Source: Candidatus Solibacter usitatus
GTDB lineage: Bacteria > Acidobacteriota > Terriglobia > Bryobacterales > Bryobacteraceae
Length of the DNA: 64,000 nt
Assembly: GCA_016185465.1 (NCBI GenBank)
Contig: JACPNO010000059.1
Coordinates: forward strand, 635 to 64,634
Reading direction: 5' to 3'
A model generated the notes under the pieces. That model was not told the origin of the DNA. It ran no database searches and was given only the letters and a program-made list of their open reading frames with translations. A program made the translations under genes and the position numbers. Each line of letters opens with the position of its first letter. The stretch's first letter is position 1. Positions 6,843 through 15,754 of this stretch are shown here, piece after piece.

Positions 6843-8892
6843 GGGGCTGGTTTGCACGCTGCTGTGTCTGGCCGCGCCATTATCCGGTCAGAACAAGAAG
6901 CAGCGCGACCTGAAGCTGGAAAAAGACGCGCCTGCCCCTACTGCCCCGCAAGGCGTAAAAATTCCGCGCAGCTATGCGCTGGTGGTGGGCGTGGCGTCTT
7001 ACCAGAATTTGCCGCCTTCCCATCAACTGCAATTTCCGGATCGCGACGCGGAGGCCGTCTACTCCATCCTGATCAGCTCGGAGGGCGGAAATTTCCGCGC
7101 CGAAAACGTTCACAAGCTGGTTGGCCCGAAAGCCACCCTCGCCCGGCTGCGCTACGAGCTCGAGGAATGGCTGCCGTCAGTGACCAAAGACGACGACCGC
7201 GTGCTGATCTATTTCGCCGGCCATGGTTTTGTTTACGGCGGCAAGGGGTATCTGGCGCCCTACGATTTCGATCTGAAAAATATCGCCGGGACCGGCTATG
7301 CCATGGACGCGCTGGGCACCGACATCAGCAGCAAAATTCGCGGGAAATGGAAAGTACTCCTTACCGATTCCTGCCACAGCGGAGCGATTCGCACCGATGC
7401 CGACACGCAGTTGATCAATGGACGCCTGGCCGGATTAAATCCGTCGCTGTTCTCGATGACCGCCAGCCGCGACCGCGAGCGTTCGTTCGAAAGCAAGGAG
7501 TGGGGCGGCGGCCACGGCATTTTCACTTACTACGTGGTGAAGGGCTTGGAAGGCGCGGCCGACGAATCGGGCGACGGCATCGTTACCGCTGATGAACTGG
7601 CCGAGTATGTCCGCACCAACGTGCGTGAAGCCACGGGCGGGCAGCAGAATCCGACATCCGACCGGGGCAGCTTCGACAACGCGATGCTGCTCTCGTTCGT
7701 GCCGGCGAACGTGAAGCCGGGCGCGCCGCCTCCGCCGAAATTCGGGACGCTGATTGTCGAAGCCAACATGAACGACGTGGAGGTGTTCGTGGACGGCAAG
7801 TCGGCCGGCGTGCTGCAAAAAGGAACGCCGCTCAGCCTGCCGGGTCTGGCGCCGGGGGTGCACACCATCAAGGGCGTCAAAATGGGCTACGAGCCCGATG
7901 GCCCGCGCGAAGAGACCGTCTATCCAGGACAGGAAACTACGGTAAGCATCAAGATTCTGATTGCCAAACGGCGCACGAAAGCGGCGCTGGATGCACTGGA
8001 CAAGGGCCTGGAATTTTACACCAAGGGCGGCGCGGAAAATTATCGCAAAGCGCTCGAGCAGTTTTTGAAAGCCATCGAAATTGACGCCAGTTATAGCCAG
8101 GCCGCGCTCTACCTGGGGCGCACGTACAACGCGCTGTTTCAGCAGGAGCAGGCGGAAAAATATTTTCGCCGCGCCATCGAAATCGATCCCGATTACACCG
8201 AGGCCCACGCCAGTTTCGCCGGCATGCTGCTCGACACCGGGGCGACCGACGAAGCCATCCGCCAACTCAATGTAGCGGTCACGCGCGACAAGGACAACGG
8301 CATGTCCTGGTACTTGCTGGCGCAGGCGTATCGATTGAAGGAAGCGTACCCGCAATCGATCGAAGCCGCGCACAACGCCATTCGCCTGATCCCGAGCAAG
8401 GCCGAAGCTCACTTCTGGCTGGCGGAGAGCCTGCGCATGAAGGGCGGCTACGACGAATCCAAAAAGGAATATCTGCAATATCTGAAGCTGAGCGATTTCG
8501 ATAGCAAGCTGGCCGGCCAGTTGAATTACTACGTGCTGGGCTATCTGGTGGGCTTTGGAAAAAAAAAGCGCGCGTCGCAGCAGGACATCTGGCGTGATCT
8601 GCGCAGCCTGGCGTACTTCGGACTCTGCGATTGTGAGCGCAAGCTGTCGCGATTCGACGGCGCGATCGAGTATTGCGGCAAGTCGCTAGGCTACGATCCG
8701 AAAGATCCGTACGTGCATTACGCGCTGGGATTGGCGCTGTCGAAAAAGGCCAGCCAGAACGGAATGGTAGAGCTGCTGGCCGCGGCGCGCACGCATTTTA
8801 CGGCCATGCTGGAGATTAATCCGGATCTGGCGGAAGCCGATTTCGCGCGGAAAAATATTGCTAGTATTGATGCGTTTTTAAGAAGTCAGTAA
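6817..8892 (+). CDS. secreted caspase-family (peptidase C14) protein with a PEGA-like domain and C-terminal TPR repeats
   Basis: Signal peptide MNSISRISKGLVCTLLCLAAPLSGQ. The caspase His/Cys dyad motifs are IYFAGHGF and LLTDSCHSGA. A PEGA-like segment (GTLIVEANMNDVEVFVDGKSAG...GVHTIKGVKMGYEP) is followed by multiple TPR-like repeats (AL.LG..Y....Q.E.AEKYFRRAIEIDPDY). Confidence 0.85.
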   Translation: MNSISRISKGLVCTLLCLAAPLSGQNKKQRDLKLEKDAPAPTAPQGVKIPRSYALVVGVASYQNLPPSHQLQFPDRDAEAVYSILISSEGGNFRAENVHKLVGPKATLARLRYELEEWLPSVTKDDDRVLIYFAGHGFVYGGKGYLAPYDFDLKNIAGTGYAMDALGTDISSKIRGKWKVLLTDSCHSGAIRTDADTQLINGRLAGLNPSLFSMTASRDRERSFESKEWGGGHGIFTYYVVKGLEGAADESGDGIVTADELAEYVRTNVREATGGQQNPTSDRGSFDNAMLLSFVPANVKPGAPPPPKFGTLIVEANMNDVEVFVDGKSAGVLQKGTPLSLPGLAPGVHTIKGVKMGYEPDGPREETVYPGQETTVSIKILIAKRRTKAALDALDKGLEFYTKGGAENYRKALEQFLKAIEIDASYSQAALYLGRTYNALFQQEQAEKYFRRAIEIDPDYTEAHASFAGMLLDTGATDEAIRQLNVAVTRDKDNGMSWYLLAQAYRLKEAYPQSIEAAHNAIRLIPSKAEAHFWLAESLRMKGGYDESKKEYLQYLKLSDFDSKLAGQLNYYVLGYLVGFGKKKRASQQDIWRDLRSLAYFGLCDCERKLSRFDGAIEYCGKSLGYDPKDPYVHYALGLALSKKASQNGMVELLAAARTHFTAMLEINPDLAEADFARKNIASIDAFLRSQ

Positions 8893-8902
8893 CGGGCTCG
8901 GC

Positions 8903-9385
8903 ATGTCGGACGCTGCCCATCGCTTGCTCGACGCTCTGCTCGACTCCTGGGACCGCAACAACACCGTCCTGCTCAACCTGCTCCGCGCTCTCCCGGAAGG
9001 CGGGCTTGAGGCCAGAGCGATGGCCGACAGTCCATCCGTCTCGGAAATGTTCACACACATGCACCATGAGCGCATGGTATCGGTCTTCGAGGAGACCCCT
9101 GAGTTTGCGGGAGAATTACGGATGGTCGAGCCTGACCGTGATCGCATCGCGCTAATGCTGAACGAAAGCGCCAGCAGGGTGAGGGACGCGGTCAAGAGCA
9201 GGGTGGAAACCGGCCGGGCGATGAACCTCAACTACGACCATCCGATCCTGCTGCTGCAACTGCTGATCTTCCACGAGAGTTACCATCACGGCCAGATCAA
9301 GCTGGCCCTCAAACTGGCGGGCCGCCCAGTGACGGACGATCAAGCCGGGCCGCTCACGTGGGACGTCTGGCGGCGCAAGAAGTGA
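8903..9385 (+). CDS. DinB-family (DinB_2-like) metal-dependent protein
   Basis: 160 aa with a four-helix His-triad pattern: ..MFTHMHHERM.., ..LLIFHESYHHGQI. Confidence 0.75.
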   Translation: MSDAAHRLLDALLDSWDRNNTVLLNLLRALPEGGLEARAMADSPSVSEMFTHMHHERMVSVFEETPEFAGELRMVEPDRDRIALMLNESASRVRDAVKSRVETGRAMNLNYDHPILLLQLLIFHESYHHGQIKLALKLAGRPVTDDQAGPLTWDVWRRKK

Positions 9386-9447
9386 AGCGCGTCTTGCAGC
9401 AAGGAAACTCCGGCCGGGACGATTCGCACCTCTGCGTTCCCTCGCGG

Positions 9448-9852
9448 CTACTCGATCGCAACCAGTGGCAAGCCATCGACTCCTCTGAACGCGCTATCGC
9501 GGCTGACCAGCGTCGCACCTAGGGCGAGGGCTGTCGCCGCTACCCACAAATCATTTTCGTCGAGCGTCAAGCCGCGCTGCTGCCGAACTAGCTTTACGGC
9601 CGCATAGAAATCCGCCGCTTGCTCCGGAACGGGTTCACACCGCACGACCGTTAAGAATTGTCGGCCCGTCTCTTCCAATTCCGTCCTCCGTTTACCTTTG
9701 GGAAGTCTGGCGATCCCGAAAAGTATTTCGCCGCGAACGATCGTACAGGTAACCACGCGATCGCCGTGGTCCAGACCGGCCATCCAGTTCTCGATTCGTG
9801 GGGCTGCCCTCATTAAATCGCTGATCGCGTTGGTGTCCAGTATGTACGTCAC
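9448..9852 (-). CDS. vapC: PIN-domain toxin, VapC family
   Basis: 134 aa. MTYILDTNAISDL... carries the N-terminal acidic D of PIN, with later LDENDLWVAATALALGATLVSRD. It sits 8 nt downstream of a small antitoxin-like ORF. Confidence 0.85.
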   Translation of the reverse strand: MTYILDTNAISDLMRAAPRIENWMAGLDHGDRVVTCTIVRGEILFGIARLPKGKRRTELEETGRQFLTVVRCEPVPEQAADFYAAVKLVRQQRGLTLDENDLWVAATALALGATLVSRDSAFRGVDGLPLVAIE

Positions 9853-9860
9853 CCCGGTGC

Positions 9861-10109
9861 TTACCTGTCGAAGGCACCTTTGTCATCTACTGGCAACCGT
9901 GCGGCGGCAATTGCGGCCTCAAGATCGTCGACTGCAGCCGCACTCGGATGAGGTAGTTTGCGGAGGGCCGGCAATACAACTGCAGGTGAACTCGCTTTGT
10001 CGAAGAGAGAGCGCAGACTATCCAGGGCCACTTGCTCCACGCTCTTCTGCTGGGCGGCTGCAATCCCCTCCAGGCCGCGAGCGAGATCATCTGGAATTTG
10101 AATCGTCAT
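9861..10109 (-). CDS. putative antitoxin partner of VapC (small, RHH/VapB-like)
   Basis: ORF 9861..10274 trimmed to ATG 10109 (GAGGAA 5 nt upstream). The 82-aa product is MTIQIPDDLARGLEGIAAAQQKSVEQVALDSLRSLF.... Its position immediately upstream of vapC is typical of a type II toxin-antitoxin pair. Confidence 0.6.
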   Translation of the reverse strand: MTIQIPDDLARGLEGIAAAQQKSVEQVALDSLRSLFDKASSPAVVLPALRKLPHPSAAAVDDLEAAIAAARLPVDDKGAFDR

Positions 10110-10128
10110 CGTATTCCTCACTACCATT

Positions 10129-11859
10129 CTAAACGTCCAGCCCCAGTGAGCGCATGAGCTCGAGCGCGTTGCTGCGCTGCACCACTCCGGGGCGGAGATG
10201 GTAATCGAAGAGCAGCTTGCCGTTTTCCAGGCGATCTTCAAAATGCATGTTGGCGGCCTTGCTGGCGAGGCCATGGGCGATTTCCGACAGGGCCAGATCG
10301 TGGGTGGTGAGGAAGCCGATGGCGCCGCGGTCGATCAAGCCGCGCACCATGGCTTCGGCGCCCTGCCGCCGGTCGTGCGAGTTGGTGCCTTGCAGAAATT
10401 CATCGAACAGGAAAAGAACGGGCCGCGCACCTTGGGTGAGATCGACGATTTGTTTCAGGCGCGTGATCTCGGCGTAAAAATGCGAGGTGCCGTCTTGCAG
10501 GGAATCCAGAATGCGGATCGATGCGCCGATCGTCAACGGTGAAATGCGCAGGCTCGCGGCGCGAACCGGCGCTCCGCACTGCGCGAGCACCGCATTGATG
10601 CCGACCGTGCGCAGCAGGGTGCTTTTTCCCGACATGTTGGAGCCGCTGACGACGATCAGACGCAGCTCACCGCTGATGGCGACGTCGTTGCGCACCGCGC
10701 GGTCTTCGGCAAGCAGCGGATGCGCAAGACCTGTGCCCTCGAAAAGCGGACCGGCTTCGGCAAATTCGGGAAATGGATCCGCCGGATGTTCGTAGGCATA
10801 GCTGGCTAGGGAAGACAGTGCCTCCATCTCACCCACCGCCGCCAGCCAGGCGCGAATGGCCGGGCCGGATTGCTTGCGCCAGGATTCGACGGCGAGCGCC
10901 GACTGCAAGGTCCACAGCAGCACCGGGTCGATCGCGTGCATGATGATGTGCTCGCGCGATTCCACGATGGCCATCAGCCGCTGCAGTTTGCGAATGCGGA
11001 ACGACGGTGGACGGCCCGCGGCTACCAGCGCCGTTTTAAGCTCGACCAACCGGGGCGCGCTGAAAATTTCGCGTTCAAGCCGGGCCAGAACCTGGGAGAG
11101 CAGGGCGAGATCGTGGGCCGCTTCGCCGGCGGATTCGGCAATATGATCGGCGCGCTGGCGGAATCGCAAGTAGAAAAAAGCATTGATGAGGACCAAGGCG
11201 AGCGCCACTTCTCTCCAGCCTTTCCAAGGCAACGCGCCCCACGCGATGAAGCTTGCCACCGCGAGTGTCGAAAGCAGCGCGATCGCGAGCCGGGCGGGCG
11301 GCTGGTCGAATACGGGCGGGCGCTCGCCCCATTCCGCCAGCGATCCGGCACATTCGCTGACTGCCTGATGGCGCGCGCGTAGCACATCTGGCGGACTGGG
11401 AGCGCGCAGCCAATTCGCAAGCATTTCTTCGCCGGCGCGCGTGCGTGCGGTCGAGAGCAGCTCAAACAGCGAGCCGGGGCCGAACAGGTCGAGGTCTTCG
11501 GCGTACGGATGGAGCGGGTGTTTGAAGCGCTCGCCGGTTTCGCCGCGCCCGGCCCAGCGATTGTCCAGGCGGTCGAGCGCGCGTTCGTAGAAGGCCACGG
11601 AGCGCGCGCAGCGGGCGCGCTCCCGATTCACCTGCGCGTGGACGACGAGCAACGCCACGAAAACGCACGCCGGAAAAATGAGCCAGAATGCCGGCGGCGC
11701 GCCGCGCGTGATGGCGAGAAAAATGAGGATCGCGGCTGCAATCGCAGTCAGGAGTCGAAAATTTCCCAGAATGCGGTGACGGCGTTCCAGTCGTTCGCCA
11801 ACGGCCCGCCGGCTCGCCTGGCGGCGGCCATATTCGGCGCGCGGCGAATCATCGGGCAA
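10129..11859 (-). CDS. membrane-associated MutS-related ATPase (MutS domain V only, no mismatch-binding domains)
   Basis: The C-terminal part is VVSGSNMSGKSTLLRTVG (Walker A) ... LFLFDEFLQGTN (Walker B) ... TTHD. The N-terminal half has hydrophobic helices (FRLLTAIAAAILIFLAI, FWLIFPACVFVALLVV, AIALLSTLAVASFIAWGAL, VALALVLINAFFYL). Confidence 0.75.
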   Translation of the reverse strand: MPDDSPRAEYGRRQASRRAVGERLERRHRILGNFRLLTAIAAAILIFLAITRGAPPAFWLIFPACVFVALLVVHAQVNRERARCARSVAFYERALDRLDNRWAGRGETGERFKHPLHPYAEDLDLFGPGSLFELLSTARTRAGEEMLANWLRAPSPPDVLRARHQAVSECAGSLAEWGERPPVFDQPPARLAIALLSTLAVASFIAWGALPWKGWREVALALVLINAFFYLRFRQRADHIAESAGEAAHDLALLSQVLARLEREIFSAPRLVELKTALVAAGRPPSFRIRKLQRLMAIVESREHIIMHAIDPVLLWTLQSALAVESWRKQSGPAIRAWLAAVGEMEALSSLASYAYEHPADPFPEFAEAGPLFEGTGLAHPLLAEDRAVRNDVAISGELRLIVVSGSNMSGKSTLLRTVGINAVLAQCGAPVRAASLRISPLTIGASIRILDSLQDGTSHFYAEITRLKQIVDLTQGARPVLFLFDEFLQGTNSHDRRQGAEAMVRGLIDRGAIGFLTTHDLALSEIAHGLASKAANMHFEDRLENGKLLFDYHLRPGVVQRSNALELMRSLGLDV

Positions 11860-11890
11860 GGAAAAAATCCTTCACGCACCAATATTAGCG

Positions 11891-12676
11891 TCAGTTGGCT
11901 CCGTAAATGATTTCGTCGCGCTGCAGGCGGTTGGCGGCCGCGAGCAAAACCAGCACGGCCAGCGCGGCCGTCAGCCATCCCAGAATAATGGGCTGCAGCA
12001 GCGGGATATCGCGGCCCTTCATCAACAGTTCAAGCTGCATCTGCTGGCCGACGAGCGGCACCATGCTGCCCCACGCTTTCGCTCCTTTGGCGAAAACCAG
12101 GAACATGCCGACGCCCATGGGCGCAAAAACCACCATGGACAGGTAAGTTTGCGCTTCTTTTACGCCCCGGCAGGCGGCGGAAATCAGCAGTTGGAGCGCA
12201 GCCGCGAAAAGCGAGAGCGGAAGAATACCGAGCGCGATCGTGAGCAGCAGGCGCGTAGTGTTGTTCGTCCGGTGCAGTCCTGTGTTGGCGATCACTGCCG
12301 CGAATCCCAGCAGATTCAGCGCCAATCCGGCGATCGAGAAAAAGCCGATGGCGAGCCATTTTCCCAGCACGACATCCAGCCTGGGAATCGGGTTCAGCAG
12401 CAGAGGCAGCAGGGACCGGCGTTCGCGCTCGCCGGCCACAGTGTCCATGGCAACGTTCATGCCGCCGACAAAGGCGGCCACCAGCGCGAACACCGACATC
12501 ATGGCGGGCAGCACGCTGCCGGCCGCTTCCGGATTCGCGCTGCGGGTGCCTATCGAGACCAGCATGACGACGAACGGACCCATCAGCGCGTACATCAGCG
12601 CGGAAACGTTGGAGCGGACATCGCGCAAGCTGTCCACGATTTCTTTGCGCGCGATCACCAGGGTCGGGCTCAACAT
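11891..12676 (-). CDS. ABC-2 type transporter permease (NatB-like)
   Basis: 261 aa and polytopic. The N-terminus MLSPTLVIARKEIVDSLRDVRS is typical of ABC-2 permeases. It overlaps the upstream ATPase gene by 7 nt. Confidence 0.75.
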   Translation of the reverse strand: MLSPTLVIARKEIVDSLRDVRSNVSALMYALMGPFVVMLVSIGTRSANPEAAGSVLPAMMSVFALVAAFVGGMNVAMDTVAGERERRSLLPLLLNPIPRLDVVLGKWLAIGFFSIAGLALNLLGFAAVIANTGLHRTNNTTRLLLTIALGILPLSLFAAALQLLISAACRGVKEAQTYLSMVVFAPMGVGMFLVFAKGAKAWGSMVPLVGQQMQLELLMKGRDIPLLQPIILGWLTAALAVLVLLAAANRLQRDEIIYGAN

Positions 12677-13395
12677 GATACGTTCTCCGTGAGGCTGATA
12701 TAAGCGTCTTCGAGGGTGGCGGCGCCGGATTGCACGCAGAGTTCATCGGGGGCGCCCTGCGCAATCACGCGTCCGCCGGCGATAATCACGACTTTGTCGC
12801 ACAGCGCGCGCACTTCGTCGAGCACGTGGCTGGAAAATACGACGCAGCTGCCGGCATCGCGCAAGCGCCGCAAAATTTCGCGCAGGGAGCGGACAGTGGG
12901 GATGTCGAGGCCGTTGGTGGGCTCGTCCAACAAAAGATTCTTAGGAGAGTGCAGCAGAGCGCGGCCGAGAGCGGTTTTCATGCGCTCGCCCTGGGAGAAG
13001 CCGGCGGTGCGGCGGTCAGCGATGGATTCCAGACCCAGCATGGCGATGACCTGCTCGACGCGCCGGCTGAGCGATGCGCTCGGCATGGCGCGCAATTGGC
13101 CGAAATAAATCAGATTCTCGCGCACGGTGAGGCGGGAATAAATTCCCACGTGATCGAGCAGGGCGCCGAGGCGGCGCTGGCGCTCGAGAGGGTCGCCGGT
13201 AGCGGCCACGTCGTCGACAATGACCGTGCCCGCTTCGGGTTTCAGCACGCCGCAGATCATGCGCAGCGTGGTGGATTTGCCCGCCCCGTTGGCACCCAAC
13301 AATCCGGTGATGGCGCCGTCGGCTGCCTCAAACGACAGATTTTGCACAACCATCCGGTGATCGAAACTCTTGCCGAGATTTTGAACCGTAATCAT
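12670..13395 (-). CDS. ABC transporter ATP-binding protein (NatA-like)
   Basis: Walker A GANGAGKST, signature FSQGERMK, Walker B LLLDEPTNGLD, H-loop SSHVL. Confidence 0.9.
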   Translation of the reverse strand: MITVQNLGKSFDHRMVVQNLSFEAADGAITGLLGANGAGKSTTLRMICGVLKPEAGTVIVDDVAATGDPLERQRRLGALLDHVGIYSRLTVRENLIYFGQLRAMPSASLSRRVEQVIAMLGLESIADRRTAGFSQGERMKTALGRALLHSPKNLLLDEPTNGLDIPTVRSLREILRRLRDAGSCVVFSSHVLDEVRALCDKVVIIAGGRVIAQGAPDELCVQSGAATLEDAYISLTENVSC

Positions 13396-13432
13396 GTGTC
13401 TGGTTAGGTAGTCCCAAGACCGCGGAATACAT

Positions 13433-13492
13433 TACAGGTCCCCGACCTGCCTTTTCAGAAGTTTCGCTTGGTAGGTCGGGGACCTGCCCCAC
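13433..13492. repeat. nested palindromic repeat element, copy 1 (core CAGGTCCCCGACCTGCC ... AGGTCGGGGACCTGCC)
   Basis: Two inverted units flank the 21-nt spacer ttttcagaagtttcgcttggt. The same architecture occurs at 38378..38443 and 63226..63293. This copy lies in the divergent intergenic region between the ABC ATPase and the STAS gene. Confidence 0.85.
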
Positions 13493-13613
13493 GGTTTCGA
13501 TATTGGTTGCGACGGACAGAAAAGAATGCAAGTTGGATTTGTGGGCTTGGGCAATATGGGGTCGGCGATGGCCGGCCTCGCCGCGCTGTAGTAGGATGAC
13601 AGGGGAAGCGTCC

Positions 13614-13988
13614 ATGCTCATCCAACTGGAACGCGATAACGATATTTGCATTCTGCGCCTGAATGGCCGCTTTGCGCCGGGCGTGGATGCCATGTATCTG
13701 CGCACCAAAGCGGAAGAGATTAAAGCCACCGGATTGCGCAAGATGCTGGTGGATTTTACGGCGGTGCCTTATCTGGATTCCATCGGCATCGGTTTTCTGA
13801 TCGGAATCTACACCAGCATGCTGAAGAGCCGGCAAGGTAGCTTTGCGATTATTCGCGCCAACGAGCGGGTGAAAGAAGTGATCGCGCTGACCAAGCTGAC
13901 CGGCATTTTCCCGGCGTACAAAGACGAGTCGGCCGCCTTGAAGGCGTTACGGGAGGCGCCCGCCGCCGAAACCGCCGGGCAGGCGTAG
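13614..13988 (+). CDS. STAS-domain protein (anti-sigma-factor antagonist family)
   Basis: ORF 13503..13988 trimmed to ATG 13614 (AGGGGAAG upstream). MLIQLERDNDICILRLNGRF...MLVDFTAVPYLDSIGIGFLIG... is SpoIIAA-like and includes the DS(I/A)G motif. Confidence 0.75.
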   Translation: MLIQLERDNDICILRLNGRFAPGVDAMYLRTKAEEIKATGLRKMLVDFTAVPYLDSIGIGFLIGIYTSMLKSRQGSFAIIRANERVKEVIALTKLTGIFPAYKDESAALKALREAPAAETAGQA

Positions 13989-14423
13989 ACTCAATATTCC
14001 TCCGTACAGCAGATGCGCTACCCATAAGGCGCGGCCCGAACTGCCGAGCGCCTGTCCCCAGAGGAACGCGGATGAAAACGCGAGCCAAGCGGCTGCCGCC
14101 AGCAAACCAATGAGCAGGGCGGATCCGCGGCTCAATCGCTGCGGGGTGGCGACCGCCACCAGCGCGCCCAGCGTTCCGTAAATGACAATAGCCAGAGCTA
14201 CGCCGGAGACGGTCCGTGCGCTAAACGACGCGCGAACGCGGGCATCGTCGCTAAGCGCCGCTGCCAGCAGGTTAGGCACGCGCCAGACGGACTGGCGGCG
14301 CCAAACGGCATCGGCCATCAGGTACCCCAGCAGAACCAATACGCCCACCGTTCCGGCCTGCAGACCGGCCAGTCCGCGATGCCAGGCAAGGGGTCCGGCG
14401 CGGGCACTATCCCCGGAGGACAT
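13947..14423 (-). CDS. hypothetical integral membrane protein
   Basis: 158 aa with four hydrophobic stretches (VGVLVLLGYLMA, VALAIVIYGTLGALVAV, ALLIGLLAAAAWLAF, VAHLLYGGIL). It has a 42-nt convergent overlap with the STAS gene. No domain recognised. Confidence 0.45.
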   Translation of the reverse strand: MSSGDSARAGPLAWHRGLAGLQAGTVGVLVLLGYLMADAVWRRQSVWRVPNLLAAALSDDARVRASFSARTVSGVALAIVIYGTLGALVAVATPQRLSRGSALLIGLLAAAAWLAFSSAFLWGQALGSSGRALWVAHLLYGGILSLRLPGGFGGGRLP

Positions 14424-14503
14424 GAAAACAGCCTATACTGTCGGAAAGACAAAAGGCAAAGGAATCCAAATCTCTGCGCTCACGGGCGCACATCACACAC
14501 AGC

Positions 14504-15754
14504 ATGCCACGACGAGTAGTGGTAACAGGTATCGGAGCAGTTAGCCCTAACGGGATAGGCCGGGAGAATTTCTGGCAAGCAACGAGAAAAGGTCGGAGCG
14601 GCGTGCGCCGCATTACGCGCTTCGACCCTTCGCTGCACACCGTGCAGGTGGCGGGAGAAGTAGTGGGCTTTGACGAAAACCGCTATGTCGAGCCGAAGGA
14701 TCGTCCGCATGTTTCTCGCGCCGTGCCGCTGGCAGTCGCGGCGGTGGAGGAAGCGCTGGCCGATGGGGGCATTGATGCTGCGTCCATGACGCGCGACCAA
14801 CTGCGAGGTATTGGCGTCATTGTCGGCTCAGGCGGCGGCAGCCAGGAATTTACCGAAGAGCAGTATCGTCTGTATTACAGCGGCCTGATCAAGCAGTGCA
14901 GCGTCTATACGATTCCCACTGGGACGATTGGAACGCTGGCGAGCGAAGTATCGATGCGCTTCGGCTTTCGCGGCATGAGCCATATCGTTTCCACCGGCTG
15001 CACGTCTTCCACCGATGCGATCGGCTACGCCTACCGCAACATTCAGGCCGGGGTGATGGACGTCATGATTTCAGGCGGCGTGGACGCCCCCATCGCTCCC
15101 CTGATTTTGCGCGGCTTTATGCTGATGCGCATTCTCACCGCCAGCTGGAACCATGAGCCGGAGCGGGCGTCGCGGCCCTTTTCGCGGGACCGCGATGGTT
15201 TCGTGCTGGGCGAAGGCGCGTGGTTTTTCGTGCTGGAGGAAATGGAGCATGCGAAGGCTCGCGGGGCACATATCTACGGCGAAATTGCCGGGTACGGCTC
15301 AACCTGCGAGGCGTTTCACCGCGTGCGGCTGGAAGAGTGCGGCGAAGAACCCGCCCGCACGATCGGCTTAGCTTTGCACGAAGCGGGCGTTCCTCCGGAG
15401 GCCGTCCAGTACATTAGCTATCACGGAACATCGACCGAGCTGAACGACCGCATCGAAACCCGCGCCATGAAGCTGGCCTTCAACGGGCACGCTTACAAAC
15501 TGGCCGGTTCTTCGCTCAAGAGCCTGATCGGCCATCCGCAAGGCGCGTGTGGCGCGGCCGGCATCGCCTCCACGCTTCTGGCCATGCGAGACAACGTCGT
15601 CCCGCCCACGCTCAACGTGGACGAGCCCGACCCGGAGTGCGATCTGGACTACGTTCGCGCCTCGGCGCGCCCCATGGACGTCGAGTACGCCGTCGCCAAC
15701 TGCATCGCATTCGGCAGCAAGAACTCGGCCATTGTGCTGCGGAAAATCGCTTAA
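14504..15754 (+). CDS. beta-ketoacyl-ACP synthase, KAS I/II (FabF-like) family, orphan location
   Basis: 416 aa. MPRRVVVTGIGAVSPNG, active-site Cys in VSTGCTSS, His in EAFH and YHGTSTELND, and a C-terminal SLKSLIGHPQGACG. Confidence 0.85.
   Translation: MPRRVVVTGIGAVSPNGIGRENFWQATRKGRSGVRRITRFDPSLHTVQVAGEVVGFDENRYVEPKDRPHVSRAVPLAVAAVEEALADGGIDAASMTRDQLRGIGVIVGSGGGSQEFTEEQYRLYYSGLIKQCSVYTIPTGTIGTLASEVSMRFGFRGMSHIVSTGCTSSTDAIGYAYRNIQAGVMDVMISGGVDAPIAPLILRGFMLMRILTASWNHEPERASRPFSRDRDGFVLGEGAWFFVLEEMEHAKARGAHIYGEIAGYGSTCEAFHRVRLEECGEEPARTIGLALHEAGVPPEAVQYISYHGTSTELNDRIETRAMKLAFNGHAYKLAGSSLKSLIGHPQGACGAAGIASTLLAMRDNVVPPTLNVDEPDPECDLDYVRASARPMDVEYAVANCIAFGSKNSAIVLRKIA

Noticed and set aside
13433-13492. 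Palindromic repeats as integron attC sites or CRISPR repeats
   Set aside because: There are no RYYYAAC/GTTRRRY boundary motifs and no integrase nearby. The copies are 25 kb apart rather than arrayed with regular spacers.
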